Positions 18,743 through 28,763 of a stretch of DNA of 64,000 nt are shown in pieces. Position numbers and translations under genes: made by a program. A model generated the notes under the pieces. The model saw only the letters and a program-made list of their open reading frames with translations. It was not told where the DNA came from and ran no database searches. Numbering within the stretch: the first letter of the stretch is position 1; each line of letters opens with the position of its first letter. The DNA is taken from positions 1,562 to 65,561 of the forward strand of contig JAIXXC010000332.1 in assembly GCA_027490985.1 (NCBI GenBank), in the 5' to 3' direction. Source of the DNA: Verrucomicrobiales bacterium. GTDB lineage: Bacteria > Verrucomicrobiota > Verrucomicrobiia > Limisphaerales > UBA9464.

Positions 18743-19225
18743 ATGCAACTCGACGTGGGCATCATCACCATCTCCGACCGGGCCTCGAAGGGACTCTACG
18801 ACGACCTGGGCGGCCCCGCCCTGCAGGAAGCCTCCGCGGGCTACGGATGGAACGTGATCGACAGCGTGCTGGTTCCGGACGAGATCCACGACATCCAGCG
18901 GACCATCCGCTCCCTGATCGGCAAGGGGTGCTCACTGGTGCTGACCACCGGCGGCACCGGGGTCGCGCTGCGCGATGTGACCCCCGAGGCGGTGCGTCAA
19001 ATCGCCATCCGGGAGCTGCCCGGATTCGGCGAGCAGATGCGCATGGAAAGCCTGAAGATCACCCCCAACGCGATCCTCTCGCGCAATCTGGCCGCGGTCG
19101 TGGATCGCACCCTGGTGATCTGCCTGCCGGGCAAACCCAAGGGGGCGGTGGAATGCCTCGGCTTCGTGGTCAAGGCCATCCCCCACTGCGTGGAGGTCCT
19201 GCAGGAAGTCCCGACCAGTTGCTGA
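18743..19225 (+). CDS. mog: Molybdopterin adenylyltransferase MogA-type (MoaB/Mog family)
   Basis: Contains VGIITISDRASKGLYDDLGGPAL, LVLTTGGTGVALRDVTPEA, LPGFGEQMR, AILSR and LPGKPKG. Confidence 0.85.
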   Translation: MQLDVGIITISDRASKGLYDDLGGPALQEASAGYGWNVIDSVLVPDEIHDIQRTIRSLIGKGCSLVLTTGGTGVALRDVTPEAVRQIAIRELPGFGEQMRMESLKITPNAILSRNLAAVVDRTLVICLPGKPKGAVECLGFVVKAIPHCVEVLQEVPTSC

Positions 19226-19306
19226 CCCCGTGTTCCAGCCCGGAGCCGGCCTCGGATCGGGACTTCTCGAGTCAGACGCCCGCAAGAGCAGGCGGGCAAC
19301 CGCCCC

Positions 19307-21052
19307 TCAACCCTGGAGTCGCGCGGATTCGGCACGGACCCAGGCGATCACCTCGGCCGCGGCGTCGGCGATCGGAACCATCCGCATCGTGCCACCGCGC
19401 GGCTTGAGCTCGATCTCGCCCTTGGCCAACGACTTTTCACCCAGATTGACGCGCAACGGGAAGCCGACCAGTTCGCTGTCCTTGAACTTCACCCCGGGGC
19501 GCTCATCGCGGTCGTCGAGAATGGCCTCGATGCCGGCCTCGGCCAGCTTGGCCAGGAGTTCTCGGGCCAGCGTCATCGGCTGACTCTCGGGCGTCACCGT
19601 GAGCGGCGTGATGCACACCGTGAACGGCGCGACGCTGACCGGCCACCGGATGCCGTCCTTGTCGTTGCACTGTTCGATGACCGCCTGAAGCGTCCGGGTC
19701 ACCCCGATGCCGTAGCAGCCCATGACCGCCGGATGGCGGGAACCATCTTCGGACAGGAAGGTGGCATTGAGCTTCTCGGAATACTTGGTCCCCAGCTTGA
19801 AGACGTGGCCGACCTCGATGGCCCGGCGGATCTTCAAGGGTTGGCCGGTCTCCACGCACGCCTCACCCACCTTCACGGTGCGGAGATCGTACCAGGCGCC
19901 GACCTTCAGATCGCGATCCACCTCGACCTGACGCAGGTGGAATCCGTCCTCATTGGCGCCGGTGGTCATGCCCCGCGCCCCGCGCAGGGCTTCGTCGGCA
20001 TACACCGGCACCGTCGGGGTCTTGAGCGTCGACGCCACCGCCCCGAGGGAGCCCGGTCGCGCGCCCAGAAGATCCACGATCTCGTCCGCGGTGGCCTGCC
20101 GCACCTGCACCGCGCCGGTCTTGGCCATCAACTTCGCCTCGTTCAGCGAGTCGTCACCCCGGATGAGCACCAAAATGGGCTTCGAATCGGCGATGAACAC
20201 CAGGGTCTTGATCTGGTGTCGGGCCGAGACGCCATAGGGGGCCGCCGACAGCGCCTCGATGGTGACCACGCCCGGAGTGGCGAACTTCTCGGGCGCCGCG
20301 CCCGTGGACTCGGAGGGAGTCGACTCCGCGGGCCCACGGCTGACGGCCTTCTCGATGTTGGCCGCGTACTTGCCGGACTCGCAGTAGACCACATCGTTCT
20401 CGCCGGTTTCGGCGGGCACCATGAACTCGTGGGAGTAGTTGCCACCGATGACGCCGGTGTCGGCCTCGACGGGGAAGGCTTGCAGACCGCACCGGGCGAA
20501 GATGCGGGTGTAGGCGTCGTACATCTTGTGGTAGCTCGTCATCGCACCGGCATCGGTGGCGTCGAACGAGTAGGCGTCCTTCATCAGGAACTCCTTGGCC
20601 CGCATCAGGCCGAAGCGCGGGCGGATCTCGTCCCGGAACTTGGTCTGGATCTGGTAGAAGTTCTTCGGCAGCTGACGGTAGGAATTGAGTTCGTTGGCCG
20701 CCAGCGAGGTGATGACCTCCTCATGCGTGGGCCCGAGCACCCAATCCTTGCGGGCCGAATCGCGGACCTTGAAGAGCACGCCGGAGGCCGTCTCATAACG
20801 CCCGGATTGCTGCCAGATGTCGATGGGTTGCAGCGCCGGCATGAGCACCTCGATGCCACCGGCCCGGTTCATCTCCTCACGGATGATCTGCTCGATCTTG
20901 CGCAACACCTTCAGGCCGAGCGGCAGGAAGGTGTAGAGCCCGCCGGTGAGCTTGCGCACCAACCCGGCGCGCAGCAGGAGTTGGTGGGACACGATCTCCG
21001 CATCGGCGGGGGTTTCCTTGAGGGTCGGAATGAACGTCTGGGACCAAAGCAT
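19307..21052 (-). CDS. proS: Proline--tRNA ligase (bacterial type with editing insertion)
   Basis: 581 aa. Contains MLWSQTFIPTLKETPADAEIVSHQLLLRAGLVRKL, FRDEIRPRFGLMRAKEF and IEVGHVFKLGTKYS. Confidence 0.95.
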   Translation of the reverse strand: MLWSQTFIPTLKETPADAEIVSHQLLLRAGLVRKLTGGLYTFLPLGLKVLRKIEQIIREEMNRAGGIEVLMPALQPIDIWQQSGRYETASGVLFKVRDSARKDWVLGPTHEEVITSLAANELNSYRQLPKNFYQIQTKFRDEIRPRFGLMRAKEFLMKDAYSFDATDAGAMTSYHKMYDAYTRIFARCGLQAFPVEADTGVIGGNYSHEFMVPAETGENDVVYCESGKYAANIEKAVSRGPAESTPSESTGAAPEKFATPGVVTIEALSAAPYGVSARHQIKTLVFIADSKPILVLIRGDDSLNEAKLMAKTGAVQVRQATADEIVDLLGARPGSLGAVASTLKTPTVPVYADEALRGARGMTTGANEDGFHLRQVEVDRDLKVGAWYDLRTVKVGEACVETGQPLKIRRAIEVGHVFKLGTKYSEKLNATFLSEDGSRHPAVMGCYGIGVTRTLQAVIEQCNDKDGIRWPVSVAPFTVCITPLTVTPESQPMTLARELLAKLAEAGIEAILDDRDERPGVKFKDSELVGFPLRVNLGEKSLAKGEIELKPRGGTMRMVPIADAAAEVIAWVRAESARLQG

Positions 21053-21104
21053 GGGAAAGTCTGTGGGGGTGTGGGGTCGGGAGGCCAGAGGGAAAGAACA
21101 GGGG

Positions 21105-21139
21105 AAAAGAAAAAGGCCCCTGGGTTCACCCGAGGGGCC
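21105..21139 (-). terminator. Rho-independent terminator downstream of the FAH-family gene
   Basis: On the minus strand the sequence reads GGCCCCT-cgggtgaaccc-AGGGGCC followed by TTTTTCTTTT. It starts about 25 nt after the stop at 21164. Confidence 0.6.
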
Positions 21140-21163
21140 GATGGAGTCGGTCTGAGCGTCCGA

Positions 21164-21919
21164 TCACTTCACCATGTTGACCAGCGGAGCCATGCCCTGG
21201 ATCCGCACCTCGAGCCGGTCGCCCGACTCGATGGGTCCGACCCCCGCGGGCGTGCCCGTGAGGATGACGTCGCCCGGCAGGAGGGTCATGTTGGTGGAGA
21301 TGAAGCTCACCAGATGGAAGCAGTTGAAGATCATCTGGCTGGTGTTGCCGTTCTGGCGCAACTGGCCGTTCTGGAAGAGCTGGATGCTCAGATCATGCGG
21401 ATCGATCTTGGTCTCGATGTAGGGCCCGAGCGGCGTGAAGGTGTCGAACGATTTGGATCGGGCGAACTGACTCTCGCTGCCCTGGATCGTCCGGTCGGTG
21501 ATGTCCTGGGAGGCCGTGTAGCCGAAGATGTAGCGTGCCGCGGCGGCCGGGGTGACATTGCGCATCTTGCGACCGATCACCACCGCCAGCTCGGCCTCGA
21601 AATCGTTGCGATGATTGGCGAACGGGATCTCGATCTTGGTGCCGTCGGGAATCAGCGAAGTCGGGGCCTTCAGCCAGAACAACGGCTCCTTGGGAGGGGT
21701 CATGCCCGCCTCGCGGGCGTGGTCGGCGTAGTTGAGACCGACGGCGATGATCTTGGAGGGTTGGACCGGCGTCAGCGTCTTGACGCCCTTGAGCGGGGTC
21801 GGTTTCTTCTCGAAGGACGGGGAGCCGAAGACATCGCCCTGAAGCTTGAAAATCTCCCCGTCGACGACCTTGGCGTGGAAGATCTCCTCGCCCTTTTGGA
21901 ACCGCCCGATGGCTGCCAT
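21164..21919 (-). CDS. Fumarylacetoacetate hydrolase (FAH) family protein
   Basis: Start set at MAAIGRF. Contains KIIAVGLNYADHAREAG, FEAELAVVIGRKMRNV, SKSFDTFTPLGP and GDVILTGTPAGVGPI. Confidence 0.85.
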   Translation of the reverse strand: MAAIGRFQKGEEIFHAKVVDGEIFKLQGDVFGSPSFEKKPTPLKGVKTLTPVQPSKIIAVGLNYADHAREAGMTPPKEPLFWLKAPTSLIPDGTKIEIPFANHRNDFEAELAVVIGRKMRNVTPAAAARYIFGYTASQDITDRTIQGSESQFARSKSFDTFTPLGPYIETKIDPHDLSIQLFQNGQLRQNGNTSQMIFNCFHLVSFISTNMTLLPGDVILTGTPAGVGPIESGDRLEVRIQGMAPLVNMVK

Positions 21920-22027
21920 AGGGGCGCTTTGTATCATCGGGGCGGCCCAGTCGCAAGCCAAAGACTCAAACGCCGTCAAGGATGTTTTGACCCTACCTCC
22001 CGACCGGAATTTCCCCAGTCGGGCCCC

Positions 22028-23806
22028 TCATTGCTTGTCGGCGGGTTTCGGTGGAGGCGAGACCACCGTCAACCACAGGCGCGACACCGATTCGACCACC
22101 AGACTTCGGAACCCCTGGGGCACCCCGTTGTTCTCACCGGCACTGATCAATGAAAATCGAGCCTGCTGAACCCCCGCCGATTTGGGGGCCGAATTGGGTG
22201 CAGAATCGGGGGCCCTATTCTGGTTGGCATCCTGAATGGCATCCCGTCGCAATCCCGGGGCCACGACCTCGACCTGAAAGGGTCCTGAATAGGGAGCGGC
22301 GTTGGTGGCCGTGATCCATCGAAGCGTCGCCTCAAGAGCCTTGTCGGGAACCTCCACCGGATCCACACGAACTCCGGGCGGTACGCCGCGCACCGAGACC
22401 GTCAGGGGCGTATCGGCACCGAAGCGACGCGCGATGGCCACCTTCCATTCGTTGGTTTTGCCCGGCTCGAGCGACAGGAACGACTCCGGCACCGAAGCGC
22501 TCCAAACCGGTTGAGGTCGCTGCAAGGACAACCGATACCGCTGATCGGCCCCCCCTCGCTGGAGCAGGTTGCCCACCACCACCCGGTACTCGGCGGTCTC
22601 CGACGGTGTCCAGTCGATCGCGGGGTCAGCCCCCGTGGCATCATCGTTGCGCACCAGTTCCTTGCCGGCGACATCCTCGATCTTCAGCCAGGCATCCAAG
22701 GGGAAGCCCAGAGCCGCCGCCTGCACTTCCAACCGCAGCGCCTCCCCTTTCTTGGCCGAGAACCGGTAGCGATCCTCGTCACCCGCACGATCCAAATCTC
22801 CGGACACCGCCGAGGGAATCTCCAGGGCCTGAGCCGGGGTGGCCGAGTCATTGGGTTCGAGTTCCACCCATTCCTTGCCCTCACCCACCGGCATTTCCAG
22901 GGGCGACCGATGACCCGGAAGCCGAACGGACTGCCACCGGGTTCCGGCCGCGATCGCCGATGACGGCACCAGCGTCGTTTCCATCGACATCTCCGAGGCG
23001 CCCCAGTCGCCCCACCGCACGCGGGTTTCGACCGACCGACTCACTCCCAGAGGCCACCCATGCCGTGCCACGGGATCGGCGCCGACCTGCAACCGGTACA
23101 CCGCCTTGGCGCTCCCGCTGAAGCGCAAGTCGGAGTCGGCCGGATAGGCGAAACCAAACACCTGGAGCACGTAGGTCCCGGATTTCGGCACACGCCATGC
23201 CAAGAGGGGATCGAGCGAACGCACCTCATCGTGGTTCCAAGCCACTTGTCCCCCTTGGGCATCCAACAACCGCAGCACCGGATCCAGCGGCGACTGGAGG
23301 GTGTAGGCTTCCAGTCGGGCCACCAGGGTCTGACCGGCCTGAAGCGCCACCGAGTAGCTGTCCACATCCCCGTTCTTTTCGAGACGCCCGTTCACCTCGG
23401 CCGGAAGATCGCCCAACCCCTGGGCCATCGACCTCTCGTCGTTGGGTTCCACCTCGGCCCGTTGCGGGTTCGACGAGAGGATCAGAAAGCGAGGCGCGCT
23501 CACTCCTTCCGGCGAGAATGCCCGGACCACCTGGGGGCCGACCGGGGCGTTCGGGGAAATCCGCACCGTGATCACACCGGTGTTCGTGGTGGCCTCCCAA
23601 GTCACTCCGGGGATGTCGAGGTCGAGCCGCGTCGGCCACGGGTCGAACTTGCCCACCAGCGTCACCGACTGGGTGCTCCCGATCTGGATCGCGGCGGGAA
23701 ACACGGCATCCAACACGGGCACCGCGGCTCCGAGACTCAGGACAGCCCCCAGTTGGACTCCGGCGCAGCGCACCGCAAGTCGGACCCACCGCCCGATCCG
23801 GCCCAT
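22028..23806 (-). CDS. Secreted protein with two pre-peptidase C-terminal (PPC)-like domains
   Basis: Start set at MGRIGRWVRLAVRCAGVQLGAVLSLGAAVP (signal peptide), 11 nt after the DUF1501 stop. Two boxes are present: EVEPNDERSMAQGLGDLPAEVNGRL..GDVDSYSV and ELEPNDSATPAQALEIPSAVSGDL..GDEDRYRF. The upstream part of the track ORF (to 24265) overlaps DUF1501 out of frame and is rejected. Confidence 0.7.
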   Translation of the reverse strand: MGRIGRWVRLAVRCAGVQLGAVLSLGAAVPVLDAVFPAAIQIGSTQSVTLVGKFDPWPTRLDLDIPGVTWEATTNTGVITVRISPNAPVGPQVVRAFSPEGVSAPRFLILSSNPQRAEVEPNDERSMAQGLGDLPAEVNGRLEKNGDVDSYSVALQAGQTLVARLEAYTLQSPLDPVLRLLDAQGGQVAWNHDEVRSLDPLLAWRVPKSGTYVLQVFGFAYPADSDLRFSGSAKAVYRLQVGADPVARHGWPLGVSRSVETRVRWGDWGASEMSMETTLVPSSAIAAGTRWQSVRLPGHRSPLEMPVGEGKEWVELEPNDSATPAQALEIPSAVSGDLDRAGDEDRYRFSAKKGEALRLEVQAAALGFPLDAWLKIEDVAGKELVRNDDATGADPAIDWTPSETAEYRVVVGNLLQRGGADQRYRLSLQRPQPVWSASVPESFLSLEPGKTNEWKVAIARRFGADTPLTVSVRGVPPGVRVDPVEVPDKALEATLRWITATNAAPYSGPFQVEVVAPGLRRDAIQDANQNRAPDSAPNSAPKSAGVQQARFSLISAGENNGVPQGFRSLVVESVSRLWLTVVSPPPKPADKQ

Positions 23807-23817
23807 GAAGGATCCCT

Positions 23818-25191
23818 TCACGCGGTGAAGAGTTCGCGGATGCGGCGACCGTTGTTCACCAACTGCACCGGTCGACCGGTGTTGGTGTGGAGCACCTGGT
23901 TGGGATCGACGCCCATTTTCCAATACAGGGAGGCGGCGAAATCCTCGGGCCGGTACACGGCTTCCGAGGCGGCATAACCCTTGGCATCGGTCGCCCCCAC
24001 CACGGCACCCCGCGGGCAGCCACCACCGGCCATGAGGATGGACATCGCATGAGGCCAATGGTCGCGACCGGCATCCTTGTTGACCTTGGGGGTGCGACCG
24101 AACTCGCCCAGCAGCACCACCAGCGTGGAATCGAGCAGTCCCCGCTGATCGAGATCGCGGATCAAGGCGGCGACACCGCGGTCCATATTGCGGACCGAAT
24201 CCCCCTTGTACGCCTCGAAGAGCTTGGTGTGGTGATCCCAACCGCCCGAGTTGACGGTGATCCACGACACCCCGACCTCCACAAGCCGTCGGGCCATCAG
24301 GAGCCGCTGACCGAAGTCGTTCCGGCCATACTCGTCGCGCACCTTCTTGTCTTCGCGCGACAGATCGAACGCGGCCTGGGCCCGGCTCGAGAGCACCAGA
24401 TTGACACCCTGCTGGAGGTACTGGTCGAAGGTCACCGCGGGATCCTCGGCCAGGCGGTCGGTGTAGCGGGCCATGGCATCGAGCGCCCCGCGCAATTCAC
24501 GCCGGTGGGCTGCACGTCCCTCGCTGATCTCGGCCGGCAGCACCACGTCGCGCACCTTGAAGTCCGACGAATTGGGCTGGCCGTCGATCACGAAGGCGGC
24601 GTGTTTGCCGCCCAGGAAATTCGGGCCGCCGCTGCGGGTGACCGAGGGCATGGACACGTAGGGCGGAAGCCCCTCGCGCTGCCCGCGGTGCCACGAGACC
24701 ACCGATCCGAACGACGGATGGAAGGTGACGAAGGCCCCGCACGCGACCGGCACCGGAGTGGGCGAACCGGTCATCAGGTAGTGGTTGCCACCGCCATGGT
24801 TGGGGTCTTTGTGGCACACCGATCGGATGACCGTGACCTTGTCGGCCACCTTGGCCAACTCGGGCACGGCCTCGCTGAAGCGGATGCCCGGCACGGCCGT
24901 GGCGATGTCCTGGAAGCTCCCGCGGATGTCCGACGGGGCCCCGGGCTTGGGATCGAAACTCTCGTAGTGCGACGGGCCGCCATCGAGCCAGATGAGGATG
25001 CAATTGACCGGCTTCTGGGCCGCCGCACCGGAGGGCGTGGCCGACGGCCTCGAAGAGCCCCCGGGGGCCGGCCCCGACGCGGCCTGGAGGCGCATCAGGT
25101 CGGCGAAGCCCGCTCCGAGCAGTCCGCCCATGCCCAATTGGATGAAATCCCGTCGAGGCATTCCGGCGCAGTTTCCCAAGGTCGGTCTCAT
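23818..25191 (-). CDS. DUF1501 domain protein (sulfatase-fold, Tat-exported)
   Basis: Twin-arginine leader MPRRDFIQLGMGGLLGAG. Contains LDGGPSHYESFDPKP, GEFGRTPKVN and GRDHWPHAMSILMAGGG. Confidence 0.9.
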   Translation of the reverse strand: MRPTLGNCAGMPRRDFIQLGMGGLLGAGFADLMRLQAASGPAPGGSSRPSATPSGAAAQKPVNCILIWLDGGPSHYESFDPKPGAPSDIRGSFQDIATAVPGIRFSEAVPELAKVADKVTVIRSVCHKDPNHGGGNHYLMTGSPTPVPVACGAFVTFHPSFGSVVSWHRGQREGLPPYVSMPSVTRSGGPNFLGGKHAAFVIDGQPNSSDFKVRDVVLPAEISEGRAAHRRELRGALDAMARYTDRLAEDPAVTFDQYLQQGVNLVLSSRAQAAFDLSREDKKVRDEYGRNDFGQRLLMARRLVEVGVSWITVNSGGWDHHTKLFEAYKGDSVRNMDRGVAALIRDLDQRGLLDSTLVVLLGEFGRTPKVNKDAGRDHWPHAMSILMAGGGCPRGAVVGATDAKGYAASEAVYRPEDFAASLYWKMGVDPNQVLHTNTGRPVQLVNNGRRIRELFTA

Positions 25192-25192
25192 A

Positions 25193-28100
25193 TCAATGGT
25201 TCAGCACGAATTCCGGGGAGTTGAGCAGCGCCCAGAAGAGATCCTCCAGCGCGGTCTGGCGAGTGGCCCCCGGACTGGAGAACGCCTTCAGGGCCGTCTG
25301 TCGTTCGATGGCCGCAGGCGGACGGTTCAAGAGCAGCAGATACAATTCGCCCACCAGATCGTCTTCGCTGCGGGCGCTGGCGGCCAGTTGGCGGACCCGC
25401 CCTTTCGGATCGCTCAGCTTGGCCTGCAGCACCTTGGAGTTCATGAGGTGCAGGCTCTGGACCACGCTCAACTGGGCGTCGCGCTCACACGGGCAATCAC
25501 TGCTGGAATTGGGGCGACCGAATGCGTCGAGGAAGTGCGATCCGATCTTGTAGCTCCAGGTCTGCATGGCCCTGCCGCCCGGCGGGACGGCCGAGAAGGT
25601 CTCGGGCACTCCGGTGGCATCGGTCACCGCATCCACCATCACCTCGGCCGGCAGGCGACGGCGGTAAGACCGTGAGAAATGCCGGGTGTCACCGAGGTTG
25701 GTGGCGTTGGGCACCGAACTCAGTTGATAGGTGCGCGACGCCATCACCGTCCGGAGGAGGTGCTTCAGGTCGTAGCCGTGGGCCGCGAAATCGGCGGCCA
25801 GCGCCTCGAGCAGGGCCGGGTTCACGCACGGGTTGGAACTGCGGAAATCATCCACCGGATGGACGAGCCCGCGGCCGAAGAAATGCCCCCAGACCCGGTT
25901 CACCGCCGCCTTGGCGAAAAAGGGATTGTCCGGCGCGGTCAACCAGTCGGCAAGATGACGGCGCGGATCGCGCGCTTCGGATTTCGGCAGTTCGGGTCCC
26001 TCCGGAGGGCGCGGCCTCATGGCCAGGCCGGTGACCGGATGCTTCACCTCGCCCCCGGGGGCGAAGAAGAAGGTCTCGGTGCCCGCGGAAATGGGCGGCG
26101 ACAATCCCGCCCCCTTCTGCTTCACCGGTCCGAAGTAGGCCGCCAATTGGTAGAAGTCCTCCTGGCCCCACTTCTCGTTCGGATGATGGTGGCACTTGGC
26201 GCACTCCAGACGGGTGCCCAGGAACAACTGACTGAACTGGGTGGTCAACTCGGGCGGATCCCTCCGATCCCGGTACACGACGGCCGGACCCGCCCGGTGG
26301 TTCGATCCTTCGGCCAACAGGATGTCGCGCACGAACTGGTCGTAGGGGCGATTGGCCCGGAATTGCTCGCGCAACCACTGGTCGAGCAGGAAGACGCTCT
26401 TCACGCCCACGCGATCCGGATTCGGGCGCAACAAGTCGGCCCATTGGTTGGCCCAGTAGTCTGCGTAGGCGGGGTGATCGAGGATCGAGTCGATGAACCG
26501 GCGGCGCTTGTCGGGCGACGGGTCGGCCAAGAAGGCACGGACCTCGTCGGGGGTGGGCAGGAGCCCCACGGCGTCCAACTTGGCCCGACGGAGGAATTCG
26601 GCATCGGTGCTCACGTCCGATGGCATCAAGCCCAGGCGCTGGAACTGGGCCAGGGCCAGGCCATCGATGAAGTTGTTCGTCGGGATGGCGGCGTAGGCCG
26701 AGGCCTTGAGAACCTTGTCGGCCGGAACCATGAGCGCGGAGGCCGCGACCAATCCCATGTAGCGGGCCACCACCACCCCCTGCCCCGTGAGCCGGCCGAT
26801 GGACAGCTTGCCGTGCTCGTCGACCTTGGCCAATTCCTTGTCGCTCGAATCGTAGGAGGCCAACCGGGTCACATCCCGGACGCTGCCGTCGGAATAGCGC
26901 GCCTCGACCTTCAACCGTCCTTGCGCCCCCTTGCGGTAGCGCCCCTCGGCCGGGAACACCGTCACCGCCTGGAGCACCGGCTCGTTGGTCAGCGCATACG
27001 GCATGCCCGCACGGATCCAACGCGTCAACAGACGGTGGGTCGGGGAGCCTGGCTGGAAGCGCTGCCCACCCTCATGCGGCACCCGCGTCAAGGCCTTGAG
27101 GAGGATCAGGCTCTCGTCCGGGGCCGCTGGAAACACACGTCGCCCCCGGGCATCACGGACGATCTCGGCATAGTCGCCCTGGGGATCATACGAAAAGACC
27201 GAAAGTTTGAATCCGCTCTGCCCCTCCGGCTTGGAATGGCAGCCGCCCGAGGCGCAGCCGGCCTGATTGAGGGCCGGCAGGACATCGCGCACGAAACTCG
27301 GGGGGGACGCCCCATCGCCAGATCGGTGACCGGGAGCCGCCCCTGCGACCACCTCGGCCGGGGGGCCGGATTCTCCGAGCAACTTGCCCTCGGCATCCCA
27401 GACCTGGACCCGCCCCTCGAAGTCGCCCCCGACCACCGTCTTGCCATCGGGTGTGACGGCCAGGGCGGACACCATCGGCTCCATCCGACCCACCCGTCGA
27501 TGGTCGGCCGTCGCCGAACTCTGCTCGCCGGTGTGGGATTTGAGCTGGCTGTAGCGGTCGATGGAGCCCCGATCGGTCGCCGACCACACTGCGGAACCAT
27601 TGCCGGGCCAGGCCACGGCCGTGATCGCCGCCATGGAATCGCCCAGCGTCACGATCTTTTCGCGGGTGGCGATGTCCCAGACCTTGAGCTGGCGGTCGGC
27701 ACCGCCGCTGACCACCTGCGTGGCGTTGGTGTTGAAGGCCGCGGCGATCACCTGCGAGGTGTGCCCCTCGAGAATGGCCAGGGGTTCGGATCGGGCCGGA
27801 TCCCAGACCTTGACCAACGCGTCACCCCCGGCCGAGAGCAGGCGGGTGCCATCCCGGCTGAGTTCGAGGTCGAAGACGGTGTCGGCATGGGCCTTCCAGG
27901 ATCGCACGATCCGACCGTCGGACACGCCCACCCACCGCACATAGCCGGGGAGTCCGGAGCCACCGTCGCCCACGGCCACCTGGGAACCGTCGACCGAGAA
28001 CTCCAGACTCACCACGCGGCCCGAGAGCCCCGCGACCACCTCCCGCTCGACCGTCAGGGTCTCCGGATTCCAGAATCGCACCTTCCGGAACGATCCCGAG

Positions 28101-28705
28101 GCCAGACGGCGGCCGTCCCGGCTCCAGGCCAGCGACTCCACCGGGTCCGAAGTCGCGGGCGCCGAGGCCAACACGGGCAACCCCGGCCGTCGGAGGTCGT
28201 GGACGGTGATCGCCCCGGCTCGGGCCACGGCCAATCGATGCCCCTCCGGGTCGAGGGCCAGGGCGGCCACGGGATGGAACGACGGGGCCACCGGCTCCAA
28301 CACCACGGGCCGGGGCTCCGGTTCATCGCTCAGCACCCGAGCGTCCCAGGGCAACCCCCGGGCGATCCACTGGCGGAGGGTCTTGATCTGCCCCGGCGCG
28401 AGTTGTTTGCGGGGCGGCATGTGGTGCTCGGCTCCAGGAAGCACCGTCGCGAGCAGGCGGCTTTCCTGCGGGCGTCCTTCCTGGACCACGGGTCCTTCTT
28501 CGCTGCCCTTGAGCACCTGCTCGCGGGTCAGCAGGGACAACCCGGCCTTCTGCTTGGTCTCGCCATGGCAGGAGAAGCACTCGTCGCGCAGGAGGGTCAC
28601 CGCCTTCCGCCCCAGCGCCTCATCCGGGGCGGCCGACAGCATCAGGGCCGAGACCCCGAGGGCCCCCAGCCATGAACGGCACCGGTTGACGATGTTTCGG
28701 CTCAC
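25193..28705 (-). CDS. Planctomycete-cytochrome-c / WD40 / DUF1549 / DUF1553 multidomain protein
   Basis: 1170 aa. It has a signal peptide and the heme-c-type motif CFSCHGETKQKAGLSL. WD40-like blades include WSRDGRRLASGS, LSAGGDALVKVWD and VVSGGADRQLKVWD. A Big_2-like insert is present, then DUF1549 (YADYWANQWADLLR) and DUF1553 (CAKCHHHPNEKW, VNRVWGHFFGRGLV). Its stop lies 1 nt from the DUF1501 start. Confidence 0.9.
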   Translation of the reverse strand: MSRNIVNRCRSWLGALGVSALMLSAAPDEALGRKAVTLLRDECFSCHGETKQKAGLSLLTREQVLKGSEEGPVVQEGRPQESRLLATVLPGAEHHMPPRKQLAPGQIKTLRQWIARGLPWDARVLSDEPEPRPVVLEPVAPSFHPVAALALDPEGHRLAVARAGAITVHDLRRPGLPVLASAPATSDPVESLAWSRDGRRLASGSFRKVRFWNPETLTVEREVVAGLSGRVVSLEFSVDGSQVAVGDGGSGLPGYVRWVGVSDGRIVRSWKAHADTVFDLELSRDGTRLLSAGGDALVKVWDPARSEPLAILEGHTSQVIAAAFNTNATQVVSGGADRQLKVWDIATREKIVTLGDSMAAITAVAWPGNGSAVWSATDRGSIDRYSQLKSHTGEQSSATADHRRVGRMEPMVSALAVTPDGKTVVGGDFEGRVQVWDAEGKLLGESGPPAEVVAGAAPGHRSGDGASPPSFVRDVLPALNQAGCASGGCHSKPEGQSGFKLSVFSYDPQGDYAEIVRDARGRRVFPAAPDESLILLKALTRVPHEGGQRFQPGSPTHRLLTRWIRAGMPYALTNEPVLQAVTVFPAEGRYRKGAQGRLKVEARYSDGSVRDVTRLASYDSSDKELAKVDEHGKLSIGRLTGQGVVVARYMGLVAASALMVPADKVLKASAYAAIPTNNFIDGLALAQFQRLGLMPSDVSTDAEFLRRAKLDAVGLLPTPDEVRAFLADPSPDKRRRFIDSILDHPAYADYWANQWADLLRPNPDRVGVKSVFLLDQWLREQFRANRPYDQFVRDILLAEGSNHRAGPAVVYRDRRDPPELTTQFSQLFLGTRLECAKCHHHPNEKWGQEDFYQLAAYFGPVKQKGAGLSPPISAGTETFFFAPGGEVKHPVTGLAMRPRPPEGPELPKSEARDPRRHLADWLTAPDNPFFAKAAVNRVWGHFFGRGLVHPVDDFRSSNPCVNPALLEALAADFAAHGYDLKHLLRTVMASRTYQLSSVPNATNLGDTRHFSRSYRRRLPAEVMVDAVTDATGVPETFSAVPPGGRAMQTWSYKIGSHFLDAFGRPNSSSDCPCERDAQLSVVQSLHLMNSKVLQAKLSDPKGRVRQLAASARSEDDLVGELYLLLLNRPPAAIERQTALKAFSSPGATRQTALEDLFWALLNSPEFVLNH

Positions 28706-28763
28706 GAGAGGTAGGTGTCCCTCGAATTGAACCCGCTATCGCGGCAAAGGCAACCCGTGATGC

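Noticed and set aside
19733-22153. 806-aa plus-strand ORF.
   Set aside because: It is antisense to proS and the FAH-family gene. Its composition is the shadow type (G/R/D/L/H-rich) with no domain signatures.
25679-28675. 998-aa plus-strand ORF, plus the 390-aa minus-strand ORF 25848..27020.
   Set aside because: They are opposite to, or out of frame with, the PSCyt/WD40/DUF1553 gene. No motifs were seen and the composition is Arg/Gly/Pro-rich.
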